Shown one piece after another: positions 54,342-64,000 of a stretch of 64,000 nt of DNA. Made by a program: the position numbers and the translations under genes. The notes below the pieces were generated by a model, which was not told where the DNA came from, made no database searches, and saw nothing but the letters and a program-made list of their open reading frames with translations. Origin of the DNA: Escherichia phage FL18. Position 1 is the stretch's first letter. The number at the start of each line of letters is the position of its first letter. The stretch lies in the sequence record PP400780; one strand, written 5' to 3'.

Positions 54342-54620
54342 ATGATTATTGATTCTCAGTCCGTGGTTCAATACACAATCAAAATTGATATTCTAGAAAA
54401 GCTATATAAGTTTCTACCAAATTTATACCACTCAATTGTCAGTGAATTAGTTGAAGAACTGCATCTTGAGAATAATGATTTCTTGATTGGAACTTATAAA
54501 GACCTCTCAAAAGCAGGATATTTTTACGTAATTCCAGCTCCAGGAAAAAGTATCGATGATGTATTAAAAACTATAATGATTTATGTCCATGATTACGAAA
54601 TTGAAGATTATTTCGAATGA
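54342..54620 (+). CDS. hypothetical protein (92 aa)
   Basis: ATG with AAGGGGAAGG RBS. Confidence 0.55.
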   Translation: MIIDSQSVVQYTIKIDILEKLYKFLPNLYHSIVSELVEELHLENNDFLIGTYKDLSKAGYFYVIPAPGKSIDDVLKTIMIYVHDYEIEDYFE

Positions 54621-54721
54621 GTCATAATCTTGAAAAGGTAATCGAGCATAATGTAGCTCAGGAACGTGAGTCGTTCAAAGAATTCGTAGAAAAAATTTTT
54701 GAAGAAAATAACACAGACCAG

Positions 54722-54750
54722 TTTACAAATCAAGCGTCTGATGATATTAT
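54722..54750 (+). promoter_or_regulatory. T4-type early promoter upstream of asiA
   Basis: TTTACA then 17 nt then TGATATTAT; second TGGTATAGT at about 54771. Confidence 0.45.
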
Positions 54751-54781
54751 AACAAAGTCAACTAATTGAGTGGTATAGTTA

Positions 54782-55054
54782 ATGAATAAAAATATTGATA
54801 CAGTTCGTGAAATTATTACTGTTGCGTCTATTTTGATTAAATTTTCCAGAGAAGATATTGTTGAAAATCGTGCTAATTTTATTGCATTTCTGAATGAGAT
54901 TGGAGTAACGCATGAAGGTAGAAAATTAAATCAGAATTCATTCCGTAAAATTGTTTCTGAATTAACTCAAGAAGATAAGAAAACCCTCATCGACGAATTC
55001 AACGAGGGTTTTGAGGGTGTATATCGATATCTAGAGATGTATACGAACAAATAA
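54782..55054 (+). CDS. asiA: anti-sigma70 protein AsiA
   Basis: 90 aa, identical to T4 AsiA as recalled. Confidence 0.95.
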   Translation: MNKNIDTVREIITVASILIKFSREDIVENRANFIAFLNEIGVTHEGRKLNQNSFRKIVSELTQEDKKTLIDEFNEGFEGVYRYLEMYTNK

Positions 55055-55711
55055 TTATTTAGCCCTTCCTAATATTCTGGCCGCCTGAGCACATATTGAT
55101 TCAAGGCGGTCATTACTTATATGATCATTTCTATACCAGTACATGGTTATCGTTCCAGCATAGATATTATCCAAATTAAAATATGGACAACTGTACATGT
55201 AGTTTATTTCGGGAGTAGGCTTTTTAGTTGGTAAAAAAGCAAATTTTGAGTTGGAATAATAATGACGTCCATTTAAATGAACTGTATATTCATCCATAGT
55301 TTTATCAACAGGATATCCTCCAAGTGATTTTTCACTTATTGTTGAAGGTAATTTTCCTTCGTATGCTATAATATCAACAAAATAGTTTAAGTTTTTAGGG
55401 CGGAAAGAATACACCGCACTAAAGTCTGCCTCAGATGATATATGAACTATCTGGAGTTGTTCCAGGGCGACAGATTCAAAGCGTGCAGTTCTTTCCTTTT
55501 CAATAATTTCACGGTATGTTTCATACTTTGATTGCTTATAGTACTCAAAGAAACTATCTCCCCTATACCAAACAATCGCCATTATAAACAAAAGAATTAC
55601 GACAGCTACCCGGGAAGCAAGAACTTTCCCGGTAGCGTTATCTTTGAACAAGCGATCTAGAACACCAAATAGAATATCAGAGGGCGAAAATGATATTCTA
55701 GGTGCTGCCAT
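55055..55711 (-). CDS. t: holin T
   Basis: 218 aa, matches T4 holin; single N-terminal TM and large periplasmic domain; convergent with asiA. Confidence 0.95.
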   Translation of the reverse strand: MAAPRISFSPSDILFGVLDRLFKDNATGKVLASRVAVVILLFIMAIVWYRGDSFFEYYKQSKYETYREIIEKERTARFESVALEQLQIVHISSEADFSAVYSFRPKNLNYFVDIIAYEGKLPSTISEKSLGGYPVDKTMDEYTVHLNGRHYYSNSKFAFLPTKKPTPEINYMYSCPYFNLDNIYAGTITMYWYRNDHISNDRLESICAQAARILGRAK

Positions 55712-55742
55712 AGACCCTCCTTTTAAGGATATTTATTCAAAA

Positions 55743-56516
55743 TTATACTCTTGAACCGTATATTGTACCAACCTTAGTCCATGTTGGGGCATTTCCGGTA
55801 ACAGCTTTACCTGCTGCGCCGCCGTTATATTCTGTACCGTTACCTTGAGTATTACATCTTCCTCCAGCAGCACCAACGTTACCGCCCGCACCGCCTGTAT
55901 ATGCACTAAGAGACCCCTCACCAACAGATCCTTTACCAGGAGCGGAAATAGTACCAGCAGTTGCACCGGAACTCATATGAGAGGAAGACCCACCAGCACC
56001 GAATGGGCACCCACCGCCACCGCCAAATATTAGTTTACCCCTGTTACCGCCGCCACCGCCGCCGCCGCCGCCTGCAATAGCTCCGCCATTATTAATTCTT
56101 AGTCTCCCACCAATATCGTTTTGAATACAATGACCCCCAGCTGAGCCAGGACTATTGCTACCACCATTACCTCCACGACCATACATTGTTACGCCATGTA
56201 TATTTAACTGAACATATTCATTTGGTGTATCTCCGTACATGAAGAATAAAGGAACATCTTTAGAATATGATACTAAATCTCCAGTGATATTAAACACTAT
56301 AGGTGCACTACCTGCCTCAAAACATCTATCTCGGAACCATTGACCATTGAAGTTATGGTCTGCTCCAAGTGTGTGAATTACTTCAACAGATCGACCTATC
56401 ATATTACTCATCCAAAACGGAATTCCCATTCTCAATCTCTGTGCGGCACCACCCATCCAAGGATCTCCAGTCTGTACCCTCGCAGACCATCCTACCCACG
56501 GTCCTTCAACTGCCAT
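55743..56516 (-). CDS. 38: long tail fibre tip adhesin gp38 (T2/T6-type, glycine-rich motifs)
   Basis: 257 aa from ATG (track start is GTG); conserved N-terminus [10 protein letters not shown]; poly-Gly blocks [20 protein letters not shown]. Confidence 0.85.
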   Translation of the reverse strand: MAVEGPWVGWSARVQTGDPWMGGAAQRLRMGIPFWMSNMIGRSVEVIHTLGADHNFNGQWFRDRCFEAGSAPIVFNITGDLVSYSKDVPLFFMYGDTPNEYVQLNIHGVTMYGRGGNGGSNSPGSAGGHCIQNDIGGRLRINNGGAIAGGGGGGGGGNRGKLIFGGGGGCPFGAGGSSSHMSSGATAGTISAPGKGSVGEGSLSAYTGGAGGNVGAAGGRCNTQGNGTEYNGGAAGKAVTGNAPTWTKVGTIYGSRV

Positions 56517-56526
56517 ATACACCTCC

Positions 56527-56543
56527 GAGGGGCTGAAGCCCCT
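56527..56543 (-). other. hairpin between gene 37 stop and gene 38 RBS
   Basis: GAGGGGC-TTCA-GCCCCTC on the transcribed strand, immediately upstream of GGAGGTG RBS. Confidence 0.3.
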
Positions 56544-56547
56544 CTTA

Positions 56548-59500
56548 TTATTTTAACAATGATTTAACTAATTTTTTAAGCTCTTCAATCTCTGACTTAA
56601 GTTCTGCAATTTCTGCAGTATGTTCATTGATTGCAGCTGTATTTAAACCAATTACACCGTTATAGTTCAAACGAAGTAAAGCTTCGCCATCAGGGTCACC
56701 TTCAACTAATTCAGGCAAAATAGCTTGAACTTCTTGAGCTATCAAACCGGCGTTTGGTTCCCATTTCTGATTACCATCTTCGTCAGTTCCACGTTTCTGC
56801 ATATATGTGTAACCATTAATTTTGGAAAGCTTCTCAGAAGCATTTTCAAATTTAATTAAATCCTTTTTAACACGAATATCAGAACGAACATAAACATCGC
56901 GGACATATGTAGAATAGGCATCGCTCTGTTGGACTAAATGACCATGAGAAACGATAGCTCTTCCGGTTTCTGTCCAAAAAGCACCAGTTGTATCCCAAAG
57001 CCCAGGATGAGATTGATAGCCTGCTCCCCAGTTTGCAATATGTATACCATTGGCAACCATATTGATTCGGCCGTCACCACCATGAACTAATCCTGTATCA
57101 TTATCACCAATAACAAGACATGGTCCAGTCCACACTGGGTCGCCACCGCCAGCCGATAATCTTGCTCCGGTTTTAACCATGTTAGGAACATACATAACTC
57201 CATTGTGGTGAAATTCATAGATGGCTTGTGGGCCGGAACCATTTTCCTGATTACCTACACGAATAATACCTTGTGCCCATATATTAGGGGCACGGCGCAT
57301 ACCAAAATCTACGCCGGAAAAATATCCTTCATTCGTAATACCAGATCTTCCTTTAATAATAGGATAATAACAGTCATTACTGACACTACCAAAATCCACA
57401 AATACAGGAGCTTCTAAGCCCCATTGGTCACCCCATGCACCGGATTGATGGGCCGACCATTGTGCAGCCTTTATATAAAGGCGGTCCCTATTAAAATAAA
57501 AAGTATCCGACCCTTGAGGAGCTAAACTAATTTCCCCGCTATTATGAATATTAACACCCGAATTAGTTTGGAAACTATAAAACGATAGGGCGTTATGAGC
57601 GCCGCCATTGCCCACATACCAGTTATTAACGCCTGCTTTTTGTCCTTTCACATAACCAGATTCAGTTGCCGCACTGTTAATAACAATAGCATCCGAGTTT
57701 GTATTCAGAGTTAAACGGCCGGTCATCGTGTCGCCTTCTTTAGAAACACGGGTAGCAATAGCGTCACGGATATTTGTAGTGTCTCCTGCTGAAGTAAACG
57801 ATTTCCAAATATCCGAGAAAATATTACCATTTCTAGCAATAGTAGCTTCACCGCCGCCGACCTGAACGTTATCTGGGAAGTTAACAGTACCGTCTTGATT
57901 AAAACGAGACGTATGGCCTTGTGATCCATCTTCTTTGATATGGTGTAAAACAAATGTACCCGAATTAATTTCAGTACCTAAAGACCAAACGCATTTACCG
58001 TTTAAAAACTTCTGTTTAACAATAGGATAATATTTGCTTACAGCATCATCGATTTCCTGGAAAATAGGAGCCGCTTGAGCATATTGAATGTCATAACCGC
58101 CAGCTCCCGCACCGTGACCAGTAAATTTAATATAGCCGTTTGCTGCGAACGTATTGTAACTTGATTGTAAATCTGGAATAGTAACTTTACCAGTATCTAA
58201 AGCCATACTAAACGGGCGAAGTGGACCGATATCGCCGTGTTTACCTTCACCGTAAGCAGTTGGAATAATATGAAGACTTCCTTCTGAACGTCTAAAAATA
58301 GCTCCATAATCTGCGTTCCAAATACGAAGCGCATTCACAGCCCCAGATGAAATTTCGCCTGTTGTGTGAACTCCCCTATCTCCAGCAGTAACGCCAGATG
58401 ATTCAAATGAACCGTTAACGTTCATTTCTACTTCACCTGTTGTAAGTCTTTGAATATAGCTCATCCAACTAGTTGCATCAGAAATTTCCATGACGTTTTT
58501 ACGATTACCTACACTAGGATTAGTAAACGTATTGCCCCAAACGGAAATTGTCATATTATCAACTGAACTACTACCAGTTGTGTTACCTCTAAACATCAGT
58601 GTAGAAGCATTATTTCTACCATCGATATTAACAGAACCGCCGACCACATCTACATCACCGGGAGTAACTAACAAACCGCCATGGGTATTAATGTTTGTAG
58701 TACCTTTACCGCGGAAATAGTGATGATAATTACCGCCTTGATAATATCCTAAAAGAGTCTGACCATCTCCAACCGCGTTATTATCGTGATATGTCACAAC
58801 AGTAGCAAGAGCATAATTTTCAGTTGGAGGAGTAGTTAAATCGGTTCCGTTAGTAGAATATCCAGCTACAAATTTTCTTAGGCTAGTTGTTTCGCTAGGA
58901 CTAAATAAAAACGTTTTTGTTCCATTATTAACGCTGAAATAATATCCGTCCTGATGCCATTTTAGCCCGGTATCATTATCGCCAAGAGAAATTGAAGCAG
59001 TCCCTAATTCAGAGTATCCTTTATTGCCACCAGGAGTACCAACAGAAATAGAATGGCCTGCTTTCAATCCACCGGACCAGGTAAACGACCAAAGATAAGT
59101 GTCTAAGCCATCTCCAGTATACCAAGTTATTCCATCATTATCTTTAACTTCATGGAATACGCCAGCGCCTACAGCATTGCGCATAACACGGAGATGATTA
59201 ATAGCCGTAGTGCTTTCAGCCAATGGAACGTTGTCTGCCATAGAATAAATGTCATAATCGCTCGTAGATTTATTATTAGTAATAACTCTATTTGTCAAAA
59301 TCTGAGGAGTTGACATAGATTTCCATGCTGATACTTCAGGTGAAGTAAATAGGCCACTGCCTGAAAATGCATAAGTGCTTTCGCTACCGGCGGCGTAGTC
59401 TTGAACCCTGATATTAAGTACTTGTGTAGTTAAACCATCATTAGCCGGGGCATAAATGATTCCACGTTCACGATCAGCCGAATCATTAAAACGAACATGT

Positions 59501-59856
59501 GCTGTACCTGAACTTTTTGTAACAAGTTCACCGCCTTCGGTCATAATCTGCCCAGCGGCAATAATATCACGAGTTACTCGAGCAATACCGGTTAAATTAA
59601 AATTACCTGTCTGAGTGAAGGTGCCATTTAAAGTATAATCGCCAGTTTGGTTATAATTGCCAGTATGAATAACATTCCCGTCAATACTACCACCTTTAGC
59701 AAAACCCAGATCAATAATATTTCCTTGGTCATCTTTAGTAAAAAGTACACGGTCTTTTAAGTTTATAGCCAATTCACCTTCGGCTAATACTGAAGCGGCA
59801 GGACGTGCTCCTGCAGTTTTGCTTCTTTTAAATTGTATTTGTTTTAAAGTAGCCAT
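56548..59856 (-). CDS. 37: long tail fibre distal subunit gp37
   Basis: 1102 aa; N-terminus [13 protein letters not shown] as T4 gp37; C-terminal [15 protein letters not shown] intramolecular-chaperone-like domain. Confidence 0.92.
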   Translation of the reverse strand: MATLKQIQFKRSKTAGARPAASVLAEGELAINLKDRVLFTKDDQGNIIDLGFAKGGSIDGNVIHTGNYNQTGDYTLNGTFTQTGNFNLTGIARVTRDIIAAGQIMTEGGELVTKSSGTAHVRFNDSADRERGIIYAPANDGLTTQVLNIRVQDYAAGSESTYAFSGSGLFTSPEVSAWKSMSTPQILTNRVITNNKSTSDYDIYSMADNVPLAESTTAINHLRVMRNAVGAGVFHEVKDNDGITWYTGDGLDTYLWSFTWSGGLKAGHSISVGTPGGNKGYSELGTASISLGDNDTGLKWHQDGYYFSVNNGTKTFLFSPSETTSLRKFVAGYSTNGTDLTTPPTENYALATVVTYHDNNAVGDGQTLLGYYQGGNYHHYFRGKGTTNINTHGGLLVTPGDVDVVGGSVNIDGRNNASTLMFRGNTTGSSSVDNMTISVWGNTFTNPSVGNRKNVMEISDATSWMSYIQRLTTGEVEMNVNGSFESSGVTAGDRGVHTTGEISSGAVNALRIWNADYGAIFRRSEGSLHIIPTAYGEGKHGDIGPLRPFSMALDTGKVTIPDLQSSYNTFAANGYIKFTGHGAGAGGYDIQYAQAAPIFQEIDDAVSKYYPIVKQKFLNGKCVWSLGTEINSGTFVLHHIKEDGSQGHTSRFNQDGTVNFPDNVQVGGGEATIARNGNIFSDIWKSFTSAGDTTNIRDAIATRVSKEGDTMTGRLTLNTNSDAIVINSAATESGYVKGQKAGVNNWYVGNGGAHNALSFYSFQTNSGVNIHNSGEISLAPQGSDTFYFNRDRLYIKAAQWSAHQSGAWGDQWGLEAPVFVDFGSVSNDCYYPIIKGRSGITNEGYFSGVDFGMRRAPNIWAQGIIRVGNQENGSGPQAIYEFHHNGVMYVPNMVKTGARLSAGGGDPVWTGPCLVIGDNDTGLVHGGDGRINMVANGIHIANWGAGYQSHPGLWDTTGAFWTETGRAIVSHGHLVQQSDAYSTYVRDVYVRSDIRVKKDLIKFENASEKLSKINGYTYMQKRGTDEDGNQKWEPNAGLIAQEVQAILPELVEGDPDGEALLRLNYNGVIGLNTAAINEHTAEIAELKSEIEELKKLVKSLLK

Positions 59857-59864
59857 AAGTCCTC

Positions 59865-60527
59865 TTAATAATAGCCGAAATCTTGAACAGAATCTTTAAT
59901 TACAATCTGGTCGAAACGAGGAACATGATTAGCCTTGGAGGCCGGATTCTGTGAGAAAAAGTTTGGTGCTGTTAAAGTACCCGTCATGGTATCGCCTTTA
60001 CGCAATACACGGGAATTTGCGTTATCCGTAACAATATTTATTCGTCCATCAACATAATCTTTACGAGTAAGGTCATTTGCTGCTATAGGAGCAGCCGCAT
60101 CACTTCTTACTTGACCTGATGCTGATACAACACCTTTTGTGTTAATATCACCATTACGTGTATTAATTACAATAGTTCGGGCTGCTGAACCTTGTGATGA
60201 TTTAAAACCAATACCATTCCATGAAACGATGTCAATATTTGCCATAGCAAAAGTAGCTGCATCACCGTTACCTGGATAAACACCACACTGTTGACTACTA
60301 CCTACAGTAGGAACATGTACGCCTCCATTAAATCGAACAGTTGCAGCGTAAGTACCACCATTAGCTTTAGAAACGAAATCGTTATCAGCAGCTTGTGGTT
60401 TATTATATTCTGAATAGAGTTTAAACGTTTTATACAGGACGTCATCACCTGCTGGCATTAAAGGGAAATTACCTTGATGCCATATAACGGCACCGCCAGT
60501 TGTACTACCAGCTTTTAAATCGGCCAT
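59865..60527 (-). CDS. 36: long tail fibre hinge protein gp36
   Basis: 220 aa, near-identical to T4 gp36 as recalled. Confidence 0.92.
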   Translation of the reverse strand: MADLKAGSTTGGAVIWHQGNFPLMPAGDDVLYKTFKLYSEYNKPQAADNDFVSKANGGTYAATVRFNGGVHVPTVGSSQQCGVYPGNGDAATFAMANIDIVSWNGIGFKSSQGSAARTIVINTRNGDINTKGVVSASGQVRSDAAAPIAANDLTRKDYVDGRINIVTDNANSRVLRKGDTMTGTLTAPNFFSQNPASKANHVPRFDQIVIKDSVQDFGYY

Positions 60528-60551
60528 AGTTGTCTCCTTATATGTATACCA

Positions 60552-60559
60552 TATTTATA
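60552..60559 (-). promoter_or_regulatory. late promoter TATAAATA upstream of gene 36
   Basis: TATTTATA on + strand, i.e. TATAAATA on the coding strand, about 25 nt before gene 36 ATG. Confidence 0.55.
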
Positions 60560-60566
60560 CAAAAAT

Positions 60567-60584
60567 GGGAGACCGAAGTCTCCC
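60567..60584 (-). terminator. terminator-like hairpin after gene 35
   Basis: GGGAGAC-TTCG-GTCTCCC on coding strand followed by ATTTTTG. Confidence 0.45.
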
Positions 60585-60589
60585 TAAAT

Positions 60590-61717
60590 TTATTCTGATG
60601 CTTCTTTAAATTCTTGTCCAAATACCTTACCAGTATCAGTTGAAGATTGAGTAGGTAATGTCATTATGTCTGGGGCACTTAAAGATTCTGAAACATAATT
60701 TACACGAATACCATTTATACCAAACTCAGCAGGTTTTGAAACGCTTCCATTACATGATACTTCAGTGAATATAACGTTTCTTAATCCACCTTGCCCGACT
60801 GGAGCTGTACGATAACAATAAATCGTGAACCCGTCAGCACCAGCAGGAATTTCTATGTAGTCTTCATATATCTTCCATTCACCTGCGTCCCCATCAAAGT
60901 TTATATCCTTAAATGAAATAGGTGAAGTAGAAGGAGATTTAAAGAAACGAATAGAAAGTCGTGTCGTCCCTTGTGCTAACAAATCGGCATCGGCCATTAG
61001 TTGGAATTTCATATAAAGGAAATCTCCAGGCTTCAATTTATACCCAGCGAGAGGTGTAATAATGGACGTTGTAGGCATCCTTTTAATTTCATTATTAGTA
61101 CCTCCAACAGCAGATAAAAATGTGTCTGTCGATTCGTACGTACGACTAGGGAAGCCGGTAGCACCAATATCATCGATCGTGTCGTACACAACATCAAGTG
61201 GTGTACTATAGTCGGTTGAAGTTTTCTTATTACTATACTTAATATGTTCTAGTGCTATAGCATTCTTACCAGAAATATAAAATGCAGAATAAGAAATGTC
61301 CACTATATTTAAAACTTGTTGAGCTAATGGAATAGCAGAACTCCCAGCTTTGGTAAACCATGCGAGAACTTCAGGAGGAAAGTTTGTTTTAGCGTTAGTA
61401 ACAAGAGCAAATATAAAATTTGAAGCATATGTGTCCATGTAAGTAACAAATGCACTTGACGTGGCGTCGTTTTCAGTAGAGAAATTATATGACTTAGATT
61501 CAACTACTGCACCTGTTGTAGGATTTATTACACGAACGTTTAATCCAACGTAAAAAACCTGGGAACCAAGTGGATTATCCTGGAACTTAATATAAGCAGG
61601 AGATGTTGATAGCGGGCAAGAGCCCGCTATGCTTAATTTAAATCGTACTGAATTGCTTTCCGATAAAAATGGCGTTTGGACGTATCCTTGTCCAAACTTA
61701 GCCATAAATTTTTCCAT
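60590..61717 (-). CDS. 35: long tail fibre proximal connector gp35
   Basis: 375 aa, close to T4 gp35 as recalled. Confidence 0.92.
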   Translation of the reverse strand: MEKFMAKFGQGYVQTPFLSESNSVRFKLSIAGSCPLSTSPAYIKFQDNPLGSQVFYVGLNVRVINPTTGAVVESKSYNFSTENDATSSAFVTYMDTYASNFIFALVTNAKTNFPPEVLAWFTKAGSSAIPLAQQVLNIVDISYSAFYISGKNAIALEHIKYSNKKTSTDYSTPLDVVYDTIDDIGATGFPSRTYESTDTFLSAVGGTNNEIKRMPTTSIITPLAGYKLKPGDFLYMKFQLMADADLLAQGTTRLSIRFFKSPSTSPISFKDINFDGDAGEWKIYEDYIEIPAGADGFTIYCYRTAPVGQGGLRNVIFTEVSCNGSVSKPAEFGINGIRVNYVSESLSAPDIMTLPTQSSTDTGKVFGQEFKEASE

Positions 61718-61725
61718 AATACCTC

Positions 61726-64000
61726 TTATTCAATCCACTCGAATTTAACAGATTTATTCACAGGGTCCGGAATAATGCGGACATTACCAATCCTTAAGAA
61801 ATCCCTTATTGTCAAGTTTCCGATTGTTGCATTATCAGAAGGTAAAGCACCAATATCAGAAGGTTGAGGAGGGTTTCCACCATCAAATACCTGAACAAAA
61901 CTTGACCAAGAATTTTTGGTTTTCTGCCATGTACGTGTCCAACGGGTTGTACGTGCTTCTGGAGTTGTTGGATAAGTAATCCAATCTTGGTAAAGTGAAT
62001 CAAGTGTGTTACCAAACTGAGTCAGTGTACCAGGAGATTTAACTTCTTCGCCACGTTCTAAGTATGGAAGCCCAGTCACTTCATTAGTTTTTTCAACCAT
62101 TTTAAAATAACCTGGGAACTGGTTATAAGTGGCTGAATCGTTAATATCGATTGACCAGAATCCTACAGTATCAGATGTTGGCGAACGGGTATATAAATCA
62201 GATGTTTTAGTACCCTGAGAACGAATGCTCGAGTAAACAGATAAACCACCTGAATTTATAGTAACACCTTTAGCAATGATTAAGCCTTCACCAATTGTAA
62301 TCTGGCCGGATTGATTATTAATTGATAATGGGCGTAATCCATTAAATCCACCAGTCTGATCACCTGATGCAGTAAGCATAAAATATGTGCTGCCTCCATC
62401 ATTGCGAATAAAGAATCCGTAATCACCACTAATTGCTCTGAAAGCATTTGCAGACTTGCTAATGAATTCACCATTGGCTGTAACTGAACGACCAAATGTT
62501 GCAACACCATTCGCATTTAACGTGCCTGAAGCGTTAACATTTATTGGCATCACAGTACCATTAATGCTAAACGTTATATTCCCAGCTTTATTACGTTGAG
62601 AATAAAAGTGATTAGATGTTTCATCACCAACTTCAAATACAGTAGAACGTGTTGTATCTGAACCACCACCAAATTCATTTCCCCAAACTCTGATAGTCAT
62701 CGTCTGTGCTGGGTTAGTTCCAGTCTGAGGTCCTTTCTCAAAAATCAGACGAGTTGCCGTTCCAGTATTAGAAATAGTTAATGTACTATTTGCCGAAACT
62801 GAACCACCAAACGTAGCAGTACTAGATGATACAAGAGGGGCACTCAGATTCGTTTGTTGTGTTAAGGTTAGTGAACCATTAACCGTCTGTGCAATGTCCC
62901 TACGAATGAACTGAGATGAATCTAGGCCATCTAATAAATTTGCATCAGCAGCTTTAGCTTTCAATGGCAAATAGTTAGCAAGTACACGGTTTAATTCATA
63001 TGGAGATATAGCATAGCTATTTTTTTCATACGATTCTAAAGGTTGTGTTGAACCAACTGTATCATTACCAACAAATGTAATAGAACCAGATGAAGTTTTA
63101 ACGAATCCGCGAATTGTTGTAGTAGCAGCCCATGTTGGTTCATTCTGGACAATCCATTTTAAATTCTTAGGAGATACAGCAGTATTAGCAGAAGTTCCTG
63201 TTACAGTTTCAGCCTGAGTAGCAACCTTAATTACGCCTTCAGACGTTTCAGTGGACTTAGTCCCTAAAAGCTTTTTAGGAGTAATAAGAACATCATCTAA
63301 AGTTCCTGCATTAGATTCTGCCTGGGTCGCTACTCGAAGTGTACCACGTTGTGTTTCATTTGCTTTAGAAATATCAAGAGTATAATGGTTCCACAAGGTT
63401 CCTTCTTCAATAAGTCCGGAATCAGAATTAACACTGGTACGGTCAGAAGAATCAAAATGAGTTTTAATTTTCAGTGGAGTCGAGATACGAGTATCATCAG
63501 TTCCAGTATCAAATTCAACTTGCGTAGCAAGTTCGGCTATGCCGGATAATCCTTCCGTCGCTCTCCTATCATTTAACGTCTTAGGCGTTACTGCACGTGT
63601 ATAATCAGTCCCAGCATTAGTTTCTGCTTGCGTAGCAATTTCAATTAAACCAATACGTCCATCAGTAGAAGTTTTCTTATGTAGTGTTTCAGGAGTTACT
63701 ACAGCGTGAGAATAACCTGCTTGGGATTGACCAGCAATTACTTCACTTTCAAGAGCCAGAATAGTAGCACCCTGTTGAGTAGAAGTCGCTTTATACTGAT
63801 CGAGAGCTTTAGGCGAAATAGTTAACGTAGTTGTGTCTTTATTATAAACGTTAGTGCCTGCAGTTCCACGAGTTTCAGCAGGAGTAGCAGAAGCAGTTGA
63901 TACATATTTAACTATACCCGATAGTGTTTCGGAACCCTGACGTGCCTGTAATTTCTTAGGCGTAATAATCGTTGTGTCATCAATTCAGCCTGAGTAGCAA
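61726..64000 (-). CDS. 34: long tail fibre proximal subunit gp34 (C-terminal part; gene continues beyond window)
   Basis: Open frame from window edge region to stop at 61726; repeated VATQAE-type motifs; C-terminus IGNVRIIPDPVNKSVKFEWIE as T4 gp34. Confidence 0.85.

Noticed and set aside
29130-54780. Regularly recurring about 30-nt conserved elements that could be mistaken for a CRISPR array or tRNA-like repeats
   Set aside because: Spacing is irregular (hundreds of nt to kb), each precedes an ORF, and they have -35/-10 architecture; they are early promoters, not CRISPR repeats.
56030-56090. GC-rich simple repeat (ccgccgccaccgcc...)
   Set aside because: It is the coding sequence of the poly-glycine motif of gp38 on the - strand, not a non-coding repeat or CRISPR-like element.
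63984-64000. Apparent frame break and repeated ttcagcctgagtagcaa at the window edge in gene 34
   Set aside because: The same nucleotide motif occurs at 63211 as part of the internal repeat structure of gp34; my hand frame-tracking near the edge is not reliable enough to call a frameshift.
1-64000. tRNA, rRNA, group I intron or CRISPR array
   Set aside because: No cloverleaf-like conserved tRNA sequence, no intron-interrupted conserved gene (gene 43 and nrd genes are continuous) and no direct-repeat array were seen; the T4 tRNA cluster and td/nrdB introns lie outside this segment.

Overview
The window is a contiguous ~64 kb segment of a T4-type (T-even, Tequatrovirus-like) myovirus genome. 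Many products match T4 proteins closely as I recall them (NrdC, RegA, AsiA, holin T, gp45, UvsX, gp41, gp56, Ndd, Soc). The + strand carries the early/middle replication, recombination and nucleotide-metabolism block in T4 order: nrdC, 49, nrdG, nrdH-like, 55, 47, 46, 45, 44, 62, regA, 43, uvsX, 40, 41, dmd/sp region, 61, 56, soc, modB/modA, srd-like, dda, dexA, 39, rIIA remnant, ndd, 52, motA, asiA. The - strand at the 3' end carries the convergent late block: holin t and long-tail-fibre genes 38, 37, 36, 35 and partial 34. Regulatory architecture is T4-like: about 20 early promoters (GTTTACA-N17-TGnTATAAT) often paired with UUCG-loop terminators, MotA-box middle promoters, and TATAAATA late promoters. 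The main departure from T4 is at 19.5-26.1 kb, where the imm/42/beta-gt segment is replaced by an eight-gene cassette: arabinose-5-phosphate isomerase, a fused nucleotidyltransferase-kinase, a HAD phosphatase, a U32-like protein, a divergent thymidylate-synthase-fold hydroxymethylase, a TMP-kinase-like protein and two unknowns. With a GT-B glycosyltransferase at 46.3-47.4 kb and no alpha-gt or beta-gt, this points to a non-glucose DNA hypermodification system, most simply arabinosylation of hydroxymethylcytosine. Other departures: nrdD is missing from its T4 position (two GIY-YIG ORFs sit there), the rII locus is truncated, gene 39 is unsplit, imm has moved next to sp, and the tail-fibre tip is T2/T6-type. 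All homology calls are from motif inspection and memory of T4 sequences; no database search was run.
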